Source: a phage. Taken from it: a DNA stretch of 64,000 bases. A program made the position numbers and the translations under genes. The notes under the pieces are model-generated. The model searched no databases. It saw nothing but the letters and a program-made list of their open reading frames with translations, and was not told where the DNA came from. Below, piece after piece: positions 18,594 to 27,807 of the stretch (the first letter of the stretch is position 1; each line of letters starts with the position of its first letter). The stretch is from the sequence record OZ413489.1; one strand, written 5' to 3'.

Positions 18594-19217
18594 ATGACCA
18601 CCGTTAACATTACCACAGGTTACAATTTATCTTTCGACGTGCTGACCGACGAACAAAAAGAAAAAGCCGTGGAAATGGTCCGCGAAAGAGAAGAACACAG
18701 CGGGGATAACTTTTTTGCAGAAAGTGTAATTGAGTACTATAAAGAATATGTTTTTCCAGAGTACGGCCTTGAAGATACCGATGTACATTGGTCAGGCTTT
18801 TGGTGCCAGGGTGACGGCGCGTCAATCAGTGCGGAAAACGTGGATTTAGAAAAATTCTTGCGTAAAGTCAAGTCTCTGACTAAATTCCGCTCAATTCGTC
18901 ACTTGTTCGGCACAATGCACGATGGCGAGTTATCCGCAAGTGTTGAGCGTGATCCATATAGCCGCTATAGTCACGAAAACACTGTAAACGGATACATCGA
19001 TACTACATGGCTAGACCTGACCACCAAACAAGAAAACAAAGTGGAAGATCTGGAAGAGCTGATCACCGAGACGGTACGGGAGTTATCCCGCAAGGTTTAC
19101 GTAGACCTGGAGGAGGCCTATCTTGAACAATTCACCGCCGAAAACTTGATCGGCCTTATCGAGGCCAATGATTGGCGGTTTGATGTCGATGAACACGGTA
19201 AGATGACTTTTTCATAA
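18594..19217 (+). CDS. hypothetical protein
   Basis: 207 aa ORF with CAGGAGAAA RBS. Confidence 0.5.
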   Translation: MTTVNITTGYNLSFDVLTDEQKEKAVEMVREREEHSGDNFFAESVIEYYKEYVFPEYGLEDTDVHWSGFWCQGDGASISAENVDLEKFLRKVKSLTKFRSIRHLFGTMHDGELSASVERDPYSRYSHENTVNGYIDTTWLDLTTKQENKVEDLEELITETVRELSRKVYVDLEEAYLEQFTAENLIGLIEANDWRFDVDEHGKMTFS

Positions 19218-19225
19218 ATAAAGTG

Positions 19226-19254
19226 TTGCAATAACCTAAAAACCTGCTATATTA
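19226..19254 (+). promoter_or_regulatory. sigma70-type promoter (TTGCAA, -10 TATATT)
   Basis: Upstream of the 19306 gene. Confidence 0.45.
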
Positions 19255-19305
19255 AAACTCAAGGGGCAAGACGTTTGCCCCACACAAAACAAAGAGGTAA
19301 ACATT

Positions 19306-19686
19306 ATGAAAAACACTACTAAAGCTATTGACACCGTTATGTTTAACCTGGTTACATTCCGTGAAGATATGAAAGATCTTCCACGTGAAACAGTGTGCGA
19401 TCACATTGAAAACTATCGCAAACTAATCAAAGAGTTGCCTTTAAAACGTGACCAGTATGCGGCTAACGCTATGCTTAACGCCATGATCAAAAAGATGATT
19501 CAGTGTGATTTAACTCTGGCCTATGATTATGCAGGTGGTCGTTTTGCAGTATACAATCAGCCCGTGCCTGGTATGAGCACCACCGAAGAATTGCACGCGT
19601 TAAATCTGAAACAAGATGTATGGGATAACATGCCCCGCGTGGTGGTGTGGGCAGAAAGCGGAAAGATTTACGGCGATAATTTTTAA
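19306..19686 (+). CDS. hypothetical protein
   Basis: 126 aa ORF with AAGAGG RBS. Confidence 0.5.
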   Translation: MKNTTKAIDTVMFNLVTFREDMKDLPRETVCDHIENYRKLIKELPLKRDQYAANAMLNAMIKKMIQCDLTLAYDYAGGRFAVYNQPVPGMSTTEELHALNLKQDVWDNMPRVVVWAESGKIYGDNF

Positions 19687-19696
19687 TCAGGTAACA

Positions 19697-19722
19697 GGCG
19701 GCATATTTGCCGCCTTATTGTT
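19697..19722 (+). terminator. rho-independent terminator
   Basis: GGCGGCA-TATT-TGCCGCC followed by TTATTGTT. Confidence 0.55.
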
Positions 19723-19750
19723 AAACAGAACTGCAAAAGAGGTACATAGA

Positions 19751-20122
19751 ATGGAATTTATTATTTTGGCTGTAGTAGTTGCCTTGTTCAACGCCTGGAT
19801 CGCTGGCAAGATAGGTAGATCCGCTTTTCTATGGTTTGTTATATCTATTTTCCTGGGAGTGGTTGCAACTATTGTATTGGTTATCCTTGCAATTGTTGAC
19901 AAGGGCGATAATAGAAAGGGTAAAGTGTTTTCCGACCTGTATGACGCACAAACGTTTGTCAACGCCTATTATAGTGATCTTCCAGTCTCCCTACGCTGCA
20001 GCCTGGCACAACAGGTTTTTGATGAGGCTAAAACCAGAGACCAAGCCCATGAGATATGTTTAACTGAAGCGGATCGCCTATTTGAGAGGAATAGAAAATA
20101 TGTGGACCAGCCGTTTAAATAA
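19751..20122 (+). CDS. hypothetical membrane protein
   Basis: Track ORF 19616-20122 trimmed to ATG after AAGAGG RBS; two hydrophobic segments. Confidence 0.5.
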   Translation: MEFIILAVVVALFNAWIAGKIGRSAFLWFVISIFLGVVATIVLVILAIVDKGDNRKGKVFSDLYDAQTFVNAYYSDLPVSLRCSLAQQVFDEAKTRDQAHEICLTEADRLFERNRKYVDQPFK

Positions 20123-20321
20123 CGCCACGTTAATTAATCCCTTTAGTGAAGATTTGAAGCCAGCCGCCTGGCGTGACGGATTCAATAACGAACGCTTTAT
20201 TTTCAGGCCTGATCTTGAGGAATTTTATAACAATGGATCGAACAACAGCGGAGATAATTTTTCTTGTGGTGTGCGTGGTGATAGGACTCCTGGGGGCCAT
20301 TGTAAACCACGTCACTACTAA
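20100..20321 (+). CDS. hypothetical protein (alternative to the overlapping 20173-20358 frame)
   Basis: Track ORF 20082-20321 trimmed to ATG; frame choice unresolved. Confidence 0.3.
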   Translation: MWTSRLNNATLINPFSEDLKPAAWRDGFNNERFIFRPDLEEFYNNGSNNSGDNFSCGVRGDRTPGGHCKPRHY

Positions 20322-20341
20322 CAGGAGGGAAGGGGGAGACG

Positions 20342-20461
20342 ATGACAACCAAAGATAAGCCATGCGCTGATAAGGTGCGCCGTGTTATGGTATGGCTTGA
20401 GATTATCGCCCTTGAAATATTGTTAGGCGTAGGGATGTACTTTATCGCTGTAAGTAACTAA
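20342..20461 (+). CDS. small hydrophobic peptide (39 aa)
   Basis: ATG ORF below cutoff with strong RBS AGGAGGGAAGGGGGAG; followed by terminator. Confidence 0.4.
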   Translation: MTTKDKPCADKVRRVMVWLEIIALEILLGVGMYFIAVSN

Positions 20462-20465
20462 GAGC

Positions 20466-20495
20466 GGCCCCCGATCATGGGGGCCTATCTTTTAA
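20466..20495 (+). terminator. rho-independent terminator
   Basis: GGCCCCC-GATCAT-GGGGGCC followed by T-rich run. Confidence 0.65.
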
Positions 20496-20599
20496 AAAAT
20501 TTTTCTTCCGGGGTGTTGCAATCCGGTCCGGAATGTGGATAATAACAATCAACGGGGAGCTAATCCCCACCACCACAAAAACCAGAAAGGAGAAACAAA

Positions 20600-20800
20600 A
20601 TGAGCAACAATATCCGCGTTATTAACTTCAAAAAAGAAGAAAAAATTGCCGTGCTGATTGACGGTCAAGAAATCTTCAAGGGCGACTATGAAGATCATCA
20701 AACGGCGATTAGTATCACTCGCGTGATTGGTTATCATAATTTCTACCCCCAAGGCGCTGAGGCAGCAGTTAAACGAATCAAAGAGATTGTAGGCCTGTAA
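20600..20800 (+). CDS. hypothetical protein
   Basis: 66 aa ORF with AAGGAGAAA RBS. Confidence 0.55.
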   Translation: MSNNIRVINFKKEEKIAVLIDGQEIFKGDYEDHQTAISITRVIGYHNFYPQGAEAAVKRIKEIVGL

Positions 20801-20812
20801 AATTTATTTTTA

Positions 20813-20850
20813 GATGGCCTTGACTTCAGGGCCATCGATAAAGTAAATTT
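20813..20850 (+). repeat. conserved stem-loop element, copy C
   Basis: TTTTTAGATGGCCTTGACTTCAGGGCCATCGATAAAGTAAA; immediately 3' of stop codon. Confidence 0.6.
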
Positions 20851-20893
20851 AAACCCTGTTAAAATACCACGCAGTTAACAAGGAGTGATAGAC

Positions 20894-21193
20894 ATGTTTA
20901 TCCAGGCTAATAATCTTTATTTCTTTGATGGTCAGATCGTAGATGGTGTGGAAGTGGAGATCACCGGGTGCCCTGGCGGTCAGGCTATGACTTTTCGGAA
21001 TAATGCCTTTGATGATTCTCATATCGTTATAAGAATGGAAGTTACGAAGCTGGACGACAAGAAAACACTTATTGACTATTCTGTGAAAGATCATCCAGAC
21101 TACCGCATGATCCATGGTGATTTGTGCATTGTTGACCGTGACAAGGTGGGCGGCATTGTGATCGCTATTGTGAACGATGTTTTCTCAAACTAA
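20894..21193 (+). CDS. hypothetical protein
   Basis: Track ORF 20885 (GTG) trimmed to ATG after AAGGAG RBS. Confidence 0.5.
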   Translation: MFIQANNLYFFDGQIVDGVEVEITGCPGGQAMTFRNNAFDDSHIVIRMEVTKLDDKKTLIDYSVKDHPDYRMIHGDLCIVDRDKVGGIVIAIVNDVFSN

Positions 21194-21210
21194 TTTCAGC
21201 AGGCGATTTT

Positions 21211-21561
21211 ATGAAAGTCAAACTATATTACCTTAATGAGCTTAACCCCCTTGCCCAGGTCCGCGCCCTAGCTAATACCTTGATTTGTGAGAAATCTGTA
21301 TATTGTGTTGAGCTTAACGCCATGCGTGAACGTCTCAAAGGTGGTTACTTTGACATCCATGCTGCAATCAACGGCCTGAATATGGAATTTATACGCTTAC
21401 GTAACAGCCGCCGGAATCTGGCAAGAATGGAACAAGATCCGGCCCACCTTCGTAAACTGGTTATTGAAAATCATCTGATGTTTAATGCCGAGGGGGATTA
21501 TTACCATTTTCACCGCAAACGCTGGTACCGTGGCGGCAATACAGGCAAGAATGCAAAATAA
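21211..21561 (+). CDS. hypothetical protein
   Basis: 116 aa ORF. Confidence 0.5.
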   Translation: MKVKLYYLNELNPLAQVRALANTLICEKSVYCVELNAMRERLKGGYFDIHAAINGLNMEFIRLRNSRRNLARMEQDPAHLRKLVIENHLMFNAEGDYYHFHRKRWYRGGNTGKNAK

Positions 21562-21599
21562 GGCCCCTAGCAGGGCCTGCAGCAATATAATCACATAAA

Positions 21600-21630
21600 G
21601 GCCATGCGGTTGCATGGCCTTTATTATTTT
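21600..21630 (+). terminator. rho-independent terminator
   Basis: GGCCATGC-GGTT-GCATGGCC followed by TTTATTATTTT. Confidence 0.7.
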
Positions 21631-21678
21631 GGCGTTACAACGGCATACGGGGCGCTTAAAAAATTTTTAAAGAAGTAC

Positions 21679-21707
21679 TTGCATCATTCCCGACAATATG
21701 GATAATA
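21679..21707 (+). promoter_or_regulatory. sigma70-type promoter (TTGCAT-17-ATAATA)
   Basis: Precedes the GC-rich island 21720-22140. Confidence 0.45.
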
Positions 21708-22100
21708 AGAGTTGTCGAGGGGGAGGCCCCCAATCGTTGACCAGATAGATAGGAGTTAAAATCATGGCTATTGTTACCGCTGGCTATCTTCAAAGATGCG
21801 GAAGCAAAACAACGCCGGATCTCAATACATGAGATCATCAACCTTAACGCTGGAGGCACACCATACCGCCCAGGACCTGGCCGTGAGATGGACAATACGC
21901 TAGCGATCCTGAAGATACGCCGTAAACGGTCCTCCCTTACTCTGGACTCATTACACACAATGCAGCCTCCGTTCCAGGTGACCGGGAAACGGATCGCCAG
22001 GTCCTGGACAAAGGCCAATGATCGGACCGTATAAATAAAAGTGTTTTGGTACTGATTTTGGGGTTGACTTGTTCGGCCCCTTTTGCTATTCTTATTAAAC

Positions 22101-22123
22101 GGGCGGCACTTGGGAACAGGGGG
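22101..22123 (-). repeat. third, inverted copy of the GC-rich tail GGCAGGCCCGGTGATTGTCTCCC
   Basis: 22 bp exact reverse-complement match to 14682-14703. Confidence 0.6.
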
Positions 22124-22168
22124 AGACAATCACCGGGCCTGCCTGTCATATAAGAACTATAAAAACCG

Positions 22169-22197
22169 TTGACATCTGCCATGGGGTGGGGTAACAT
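22169..22197 (+). promoter_or_regulatory. sigma70-type promoter (TTGACA-17-TAACAT)
   Basis: Upstream of the 22252 gene. Confidence 0.45.
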
Positions 22198-22251
22198 TTA
22201 TCTTGAAGGGGCAAAAGTGCCCACACAACAACCAAGAGAGAGGAAAACACT

Positions 22252-22524
22252 ATGTCAAACTGGATTAATCAAGAAGTCGAATCACGTTTTAATGCTATTT
22301 GGGATCTCATCGAAAAAGAAGACGGCACATCAAGCCCCTACCTCAACAATTTGGAATTCCATTTTGTGGAAGCGATGAACGCAGAACATGATCACGAAGG
22401 TGGCGCGGATGAGTTCGCTAAAGGTTATGGCTTTAACAATGCCAACGAAATGATCGAGGCGGTAGTACTCCAGGCTGAGGAAGATTATCAACTAAAAACG
22501 CTTGAATTCTGCCGCCGCAAGTAA
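22252..22524 (+). CDS. hypothetical protein
   Basis: 90 aa ORF with GAGAGAGGAAA RBS. Confidence 0.55.
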   Translation: MSNWINQEVESRFNAIWDLIEKEDGTSSPYLNNLEFHFVEAMNAEHDHEGGADEFAKGYGFNNANEMIEAVVLQAEEDYQLKTLEFCRRK

Positions 22525-22584
22525 TAAGATAATGACACGGGCCAAAAGGCCCACTAATCAGAACCGCACAAAGAGGTAAACATC

Positions 22585-22848
22585 ATGAAACGTCTTGATC
22601 AGCTCAAATTAGTTCAATATATGGCTTATCGTGTTCTTGAAGTCCAGAAAGGTAGCAAAAAAGAGGTTTGCGAGAAAGCTTATAAGATCTTCACTCGCAA
22701 AAAAGATGACTGGATGCTACGCCAGACTAAAAAGGCTGACATCTTGGGGTACCTGGAAGAAGAGATCCGCCTTGAAGAGCAAGAAGAGATCCGCCGTAGT
22801 GAGGCAGATTATCAGGCAGCTTGGGAAAACTGGATGAGCAACAAATAA
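22585..22848 (+). CDS. hypothetical protein
   Basis: 87 aa ORF with AAGAGG RBS; last gene of the rightward block. Confidence 0.55.
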   Translation: MKRLDQLKLVQYMAYRVLEVQKGSKKEVCEKAYKIFTRKKDDWMLRQTKKADILGYLEEEIRLEEQEEIRRSEADYQAAWENWMSNK

Positions 22849-22867
22849 TACAACAAGGTGCACGGTC

Positions 22868-22893
22868 AGGGGCTTAAAGCCCCTTTCTTTTTG
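22868..22893 (+). terminator. rho-independent terminator ending the rightward block
   Basis: AGGGGC-TTAAA-GCCCCT followed by TTCTTTTTG. Confidence 0.65.
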
Positions 22894-23772
22894 TCTCCTC
22901 TTTTCCTACCACAAATGGCCCCGCCTGGCAAATGGAATAATCAACAAGCCAGCAATTAACCCCACTGTACAAACATACATATAAAATAACTATTGCATAA
23001 TTTTTCATTGTGTGGTAGCAGTGCCATTTTTACACGTTTTTCCTTCCAAAATTGCACGTAATGCAGCATTTGCACAAAATTTAACCTGATGCATATCTTC
23101 AATAGCTTGTCAACAACTAAAAATCTTTATAAGTCATACACTTACATAACTACAAAAACGTTTTCTACGTGAAAAATCGAGTATAACTATAGCCGCCAGA
23201 TCTCAGAATTTACGTACGCTCGCCATTCTATAGCCTGCTAAGCATTTATTCCAACCATAGAATAACGGAATAGTCAATACCTGCATAAAATAATTATTCG
23301 TGTAAACTGCATAACATAAATCGGCCCAGGTGTCAACATTTTTCGTAAACAGTCTGGAATTGTCACGTTAGGTTACCATAAGCAGAGAAATCTTTAGTCG
23401 TCTAATGTTTACTGTACATTACTATACTGACTGGAATCATTAGATGACTAAGAGAAAGATAAGAAATAATTAATAATGTAATTATTTTACCTGTAACAAT
23501 AAGGCAACTATGCAAACGAATGGCATGGCGCGACGGAGTCGCGACATAATATAAAAGCAGTAACCATCACCCCCGTGATAGTTTGTCTGCAAACTATTAA
23601 TCAGATCATAGTTGCCTTGTATTTAGTTAATCATGACATGACAAGCAAGGCAACTATAGATCTGCTAATAGTTGCCCTGCTTTTATATTATGTCATGCTA
23701 ATTATAATCAGTGCGATTATTGTCATGTATAATTATTGTCATGCAAACGAATGGCATGGCTGATTATCGGTG

Positions 23773-23859
23773 TGTAAACAGTCAATCATGTAAATGGTTA
23801 GCATGTGAACAATCAGGAATGTAAACAATCCAGTGTGTAAACTAATAGGTGTGTAAAAG
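23773..23859. repeat. iteron array: six TGTRAAMW octamers at about 16 bp spacing
   Basis: Copies start near 23773, 23789, 23804, 23820, 23836, 23852. Confidence 0.65.
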
Positions 23860-24001
23860 TGTCATGTTGTGTCAGTTAGGTCACATTATGTCAGACAAGT
23901 TTTTCTCCTCTTTGTCAAGTGCTGCATGAAAAATTTACAAGCTTGTATGGTAGCATTTTTGCGGCCCTGTTTACATTCAGTAATGTATGTATAATCCTTG
24001 T

Positions 24002-24165
24002 TGTGTGGGCGTTTAGACGTCTAGACGGTTGGAAGTCCACAGGTCAATATCTAATCTATCGGCTGCTAACTATATCCCACACATGTGTGGGCGTTTAGAC
24101 GTCTAGACGGTTGGAAGTCCACAGGTCAATATCTAATCTATCGGCTGCTAACTATATCCCACACA
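24002..24165. repeat. perfect tandem duplication of an 82 bp unit with 8 bp terminal inverted repeats
   Basis: Unit TGTGTGGG...CCCACACA at 24002-24083 and 24084-24165; internal palindromes AGACGTCT / GTCTAGAC. Confidence 0.8.
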
Positions 24166-25461
24166 AATAGTAAGAAATATGATTGTTATATGCGTAAACT
24201 GTAACTCATGTTATCAATCCCTGTATGGATCGCCAGTGGTGCGCATAATAGGTATTATGTTAAATTGCCCGTAATGATAACAGTTCTCACAATGATAGGT
24301 ATTCTCATTCATCCACACAAAATAGGTTGCAAATGTTGTGCCACTGTGTGAACGGCCTGGCCTATTAATTTCTCTCACTGCCTCGATATTTGAGAATTGT
24401 TATAAGAATGAGAAGTATTCCCATTCCGTCCGCCTGGCAGCACTCCTGTAGGTCCTGCAAGGACTCTAGCTGAAAGCTAGACCCTTCGGGCCTCCCTGTA
24501 GGTCAGGTCAAAATCGTGGTAGAATTGGGCCTGTTCAGATATTTCTGGCTGACTCTTCAGGTCTGTGTGGGAAAAGCCAACCTCTCCGGCGGGGCAGGGG
24601 GTCATGACGGGAAAATTGCAGGTCAATTAAAAAATTTACGTGGTGTATGAAGCGCTCTTCAGGTAAGGCATGTATTATGGGATGAAACCCTCTTCAGGCA
24701 ATGATATTTGTGGGTGTGATATTTGCTGGAAAGCCAGATATGACGGGACTCCCGGCGGGGATGGGGTAGTACAGACAGGGAAAATATGAGAATGTAGTTG
24801 GGGAAATTGATCAGACAGGTAGAGTATGGAATATGTTACAAGTATGTTAAATATGGAGGTTGAATATCTGTAGGATTTGTGTGTAAAATCAAAGACTTAA
24901 GGGGTGTTGTGGTATTTTCTATAAATAATTCAAGTTTAATAGGCAATATTTGTCTCTATCCGCTTTGTGTGGTAAACAGATTCAGATTAGATTGGTTTAC
25001 AAGTGTATACATAATATACAAATTAAAGATACAAGAAACCCCCCTCCCCCTTCGGCTACCATTCACCTTTTCCTCTGACTGGTACTTAAACACTTATTCA
25101 GACTCTTCAGGTTATCACCCATATATCATATGGCAGTGACTGGTGTCCTCCGGCCCCTCTTTCGTCACCCGTCCGCTTCGCCATGCTAATGCCATAGCCA
25201 ATGGTTCGGTTGTTCACTCTGTTCACTCAGGTGTATCTCCATACCCCTTCAAACCGAAGAGAACAGAAAACCCGAATTACTCGGTAAAAGAAAAGAGAAG
25301 AACTTAATTTTATCAGGATAGGCAAGAATGTCAAGGCATGACTGCTCACTAAACAAGCAAACAGTCATGTGTGGAAGGTAAGTGATTGTGGTGGTGGGAA
25401 ATTTAGTTGAAAGATGTGTTATAGGTGCTCCCAGCACTTTAGCCGGGTAGCTAATTGTGTG

Positions 25462-25677
25462 TCAGTCCAGTGGTTCATCACCTACTTCACTGAAATCAAT
25501 GTTCATGGTCTCCTCCCAACCATCAATCTCAGCACCAGAGTAGAGATCTTTAGGACTTACTCCCAAAGCATCAGCAACAGAGTCCATATTTAACACCTCT
25601 GGCAGGTATGATTCATCGAATTCAAGGTAAATCAGGCCACGAGTGTTGTCAGCTCCACCAAATATTTCTATCTTCAT
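25462..25677 (-). CDS. small acidic protein, MKIEI family
   Basis: Track ORF 25462-25743 trimmed to internal Met MKIEIFGG. Confidence 0.4.
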   Translation of the reverse strand: MKIEIFGGADNTRGLIYLEFDESYLPEVLNMDSVADALGVSPKDLYSGAEIDGWEETMNIDFSEVGDEPLD

Positions 25678-25797
25678 GAAATCTCCTCTGGGAATGAGAG
25701 TGTGAACAGGGTTTATACGTTCCAATGCGCTGGAATTATGCACGTTTGCCTCTTCAGGCCATGCTTCAGCATGAGGAACCTGTGTGGGCTCGGTGCT

Positions 25798-26010
25798 TCA
25801 TAGTCTACCACCCCTGAACTCTTCGTGCTCAGGCATAATAGAGAACCAGATATCTACGATGTCTTCCCACGTCAGGTCATCAGCCTCAGGATCTACCTGG
25901 AGCGAAGATGAAGAATCTTCAGAATCGAAGTTTTCCTCTTGCACTGGCTCAGTCAAGGGACATATAGTCACTCCTTTGGATGTCTCTTCAGATGCATGTG
26001 TGTTTATCAT
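25798..26010 (-). CDS. hypothetical acidic protein
   Basis: 70 aa ORF. Confidence 0.4.
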   Translation of the reverse strand: MINTHASEETSKGVTICPLTEPVQEENFDSEDSSSSLQVDPEADDLTWEDIVDIWFSIMPEHEEFRGGRL

Positions 26011-26370
26011 GTTCCACCCGTGAGTATTCCGGCAACAGCTGCTATGGACGTAATGATCATCAGGATCACCACTAAAACTTCGGACAATGTTCTCATTGTG
26101 TACTCCATATTCTACAAACTATGTGTGGATACTATCACTGGATCGGTAATGTGTCAACAGAAACGCCGCGAGGGTTTGGTTAAAATCCGAGCGTATGGTG
26201 ATTTGGGTCAAAACGGACGTGCGTTCTCGCTACGCTCGAAATATGGAGTTGTTTGTAGGGAGCTCTTAAACGCTCTGTAATGAAATTAACTACCCAAGGT
26301 ATGCAATCGTGCACCAGACAAAGAAAAGGACGCCACAGAGCGTCCTAGGTGTCTTAAATTTGATATTTTG

Positions 26371-26682
26371 CTATACCCACGAGGGCTTATCAAGGTTGGA
26401 GTAGCTGAAAGGTGTCAAAAGGTGACTGTCAAAATCTCTCAAACTATCCAAATCTTTTTCCTCGTCCTGACACCATCTGTGCCTACATTTGTTGTTGTAG
26501 TGCATGGAATGCATAGCGTTCTGCAACTTAACAGGCACAAGTGATTCAGGAGTAGATAGTATTGTTGGGTATGCCAGAACCACCTCAAACAGTGGAAACA
26601 CATCGAAACTAAAGTCTACCTCTGCAGAGGTTGATGGCATATAGGAGTATTTAGCCGCCTTTGTAGACATAATCCACCTCAC
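26371..26682 (-). CDS. hypothetical protein
   Basis: 103 aa ORF. Confidence 0.45.
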   Translation of the reverse strand: MRWIMSTKAAKYSYMPSTSAEVDFSFDVFPLFEVVLAYPTILSTPESLVPVKLQNAMHSMHYNNKCRHRWCQDEEKDLDSLRDFDSHLLTPFSYSNLDKPSWV

Positions 26683-27011
26683 ACAGGTTTGATAATACCT
26701 TCACCGAATAGCTCTTCGTATCTAATCTTGTCCGGATCCCACTCCTGTATAATTTCGAAGACAATATCCAACCCAGGAACAATCACTTCTCCAGTGTCAA
26801 GCTTAGCAAGAACAAAACCGGAAGGTTGAATGGTTTCCCAGTTACGGCGATCAGAATAAAATACTTCGAAAATATCACCAACCTCAATCCGTTTCTGTTG
26901 CTCAAGATGCTGAAGGTTCTCTTTCATACGGATGCAGCGTATTTTTCGTGCAGGCCATAGACCACCTGCATCACGTTCATTCAATTCTTTTACAGTGATC
27001 GGTATACCCAT
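26679..27011 (-). CDS. hypothetical protein
   Basis: 110 aa ORF with AGGAGA RBS. Confidence 0.5.
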   Translation of the reverse strand: MGIPITVKELNERDAGGLWPARKIRCIRMKENLQHLEQQKRIEVGDIFEVFYSDRRNWETIQPSGFVLAKLDTGEVIVPGLDIVFEIIQEWDPDKIRYEELFGEGIIKPV

Positions 27012-27031
27012 CTCAAGTCTCCTTCATGGAT

Positions 27032-27060
27032 AGTAAAAAGAGGGGCCTAAGCCCCCCTCT
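27032..27060 (-). terminator. putative rho-independent terminator
   Basis: GC hairpin AGAGGGGCC..GCCCCCCTCT with T-run on minus transcript. Confidence 0.5.
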
Positions 27061-27066
27061 TTGTCA

Positions 27067-27372
27067 TTATTCTACAGAGCGTTTGAACAGAATGTCTGCC
27101 TCAGACATGTGCTCAACCTCTTCTTCGATTTTAGCTCGACGTTTTTCAGCCTCATATCGAATATCGAACTCGGTAGCCACCAGAGATTTGATGAATTTAG
27201 GAGAATACAGATGATCCTGCTTCTCAACAAGAATGATATCCTTGATGGCATCTTTCAAATCTTTAATCTGAAGCTGGAGTTCCACCAGTTCTTCAATTGT
27301 TTTGCGAAGGCGATCACGTTCTGCAGTGTCAGAAGGAAGAGAGGTGAACAGTTCAACTTTAGATTTAGCCAT
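27067..27372 (-). CDS. hypothetical coiled-coil protein
   Basis: 101 aa, charged heptad-like sequence. Confidence 0.5.
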   Translation of the reverse strand: MAKSKVELFTSLPSDTAERDRLRKTIEELVELQLQIKDLKDAIKDIILVEKQDHLYSPKFIKSLVATEFDIRYEAEKRRAKIEEEVEHMSEADILFKRSVE

Positions 27373-27400
27373 AGTAAGAGTCTCCTTATGTTGTTTTAAA

Positions 27401-27718
27401 TTAACGTTCTACAAAAATACCGTTCAGTTCAATAACCAGGAATTTCTGGTCTTCACTATCGTCTCGTGCCAGCACCTCACAGACGTATCGGTCATCCCCA
27501 TCATCATCGCAGTCAAATACAAGACTGAGGACTTTATCATGGTAAACCTTCGCCACTACCGCCTCGTAAGTATTGCCGATTGTGAATCCAAGATAATCTC
27601 CGATGCATTTGACAACAACATGGTCTCCAGCATTTAAGTCAATCTTCGTCATTACTGCGCTCCTTGGGTAATAATACTGTATGTAAAACTTTAACCAGAG
27701 ATGTGAATAACGCCCCAA
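27401..27718 (-). CDS. hypothetical protein
   Basis: 105 aa ORF. Confidence 0.5.
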   Translation of the reverse strand: MGRYSHLWLKFYIQYYYPRSAVMTKIDLNAGDHVVVKCIGDYLGFTIGNTYEAVVAKVYHDKVLSLVFDCDDDGDDRYVCEVLARDDSEDQKFLVIELNGIFVER

Positions 27719-27807
27719 AACACACCGATAGCGCTAAAACAGACAAGGCCATCATTAAAGCTTCAGTAAAATCCGTCATTCCTCACCTCTTGTTAGTCAC
27801 TATACTA

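Noticed and set aside
16461-20850. Stem-loop repeats as ordinary rho-independent terminators
   Set aside because: The hairpin is followed by AATAAAG rather than a U-tract; the T-rich run is 5' of the stem.
21656-22197. Minus-strand track ORFs 21656-22129 and 21937-22197
   Set aside because: Antisense to the block polarity, overlapping each other and the GC-rich island; open frames are explained by GC richness.
24002-24165. Possible CRISPR array
   Set aside because: Only two units, 82 bp each and directly abutting with no spacers; no cas genes in the window.
23575-25437. Track ORFs 23575-23763 (+), 24879-25139 (+) and 25249-25437 (-)
   Set aside because: Low-complexity translations, no RBS, and they overlap repeat elements; most likely non-coding.
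22894-25461. tRNA genes in the ORF-free zone
   Set aside because: Scanning by eye found no T-loop (GGTTCGAATCC-like) or D-loop signatures at tRNA spacing; not excluded without a tRNA scan.
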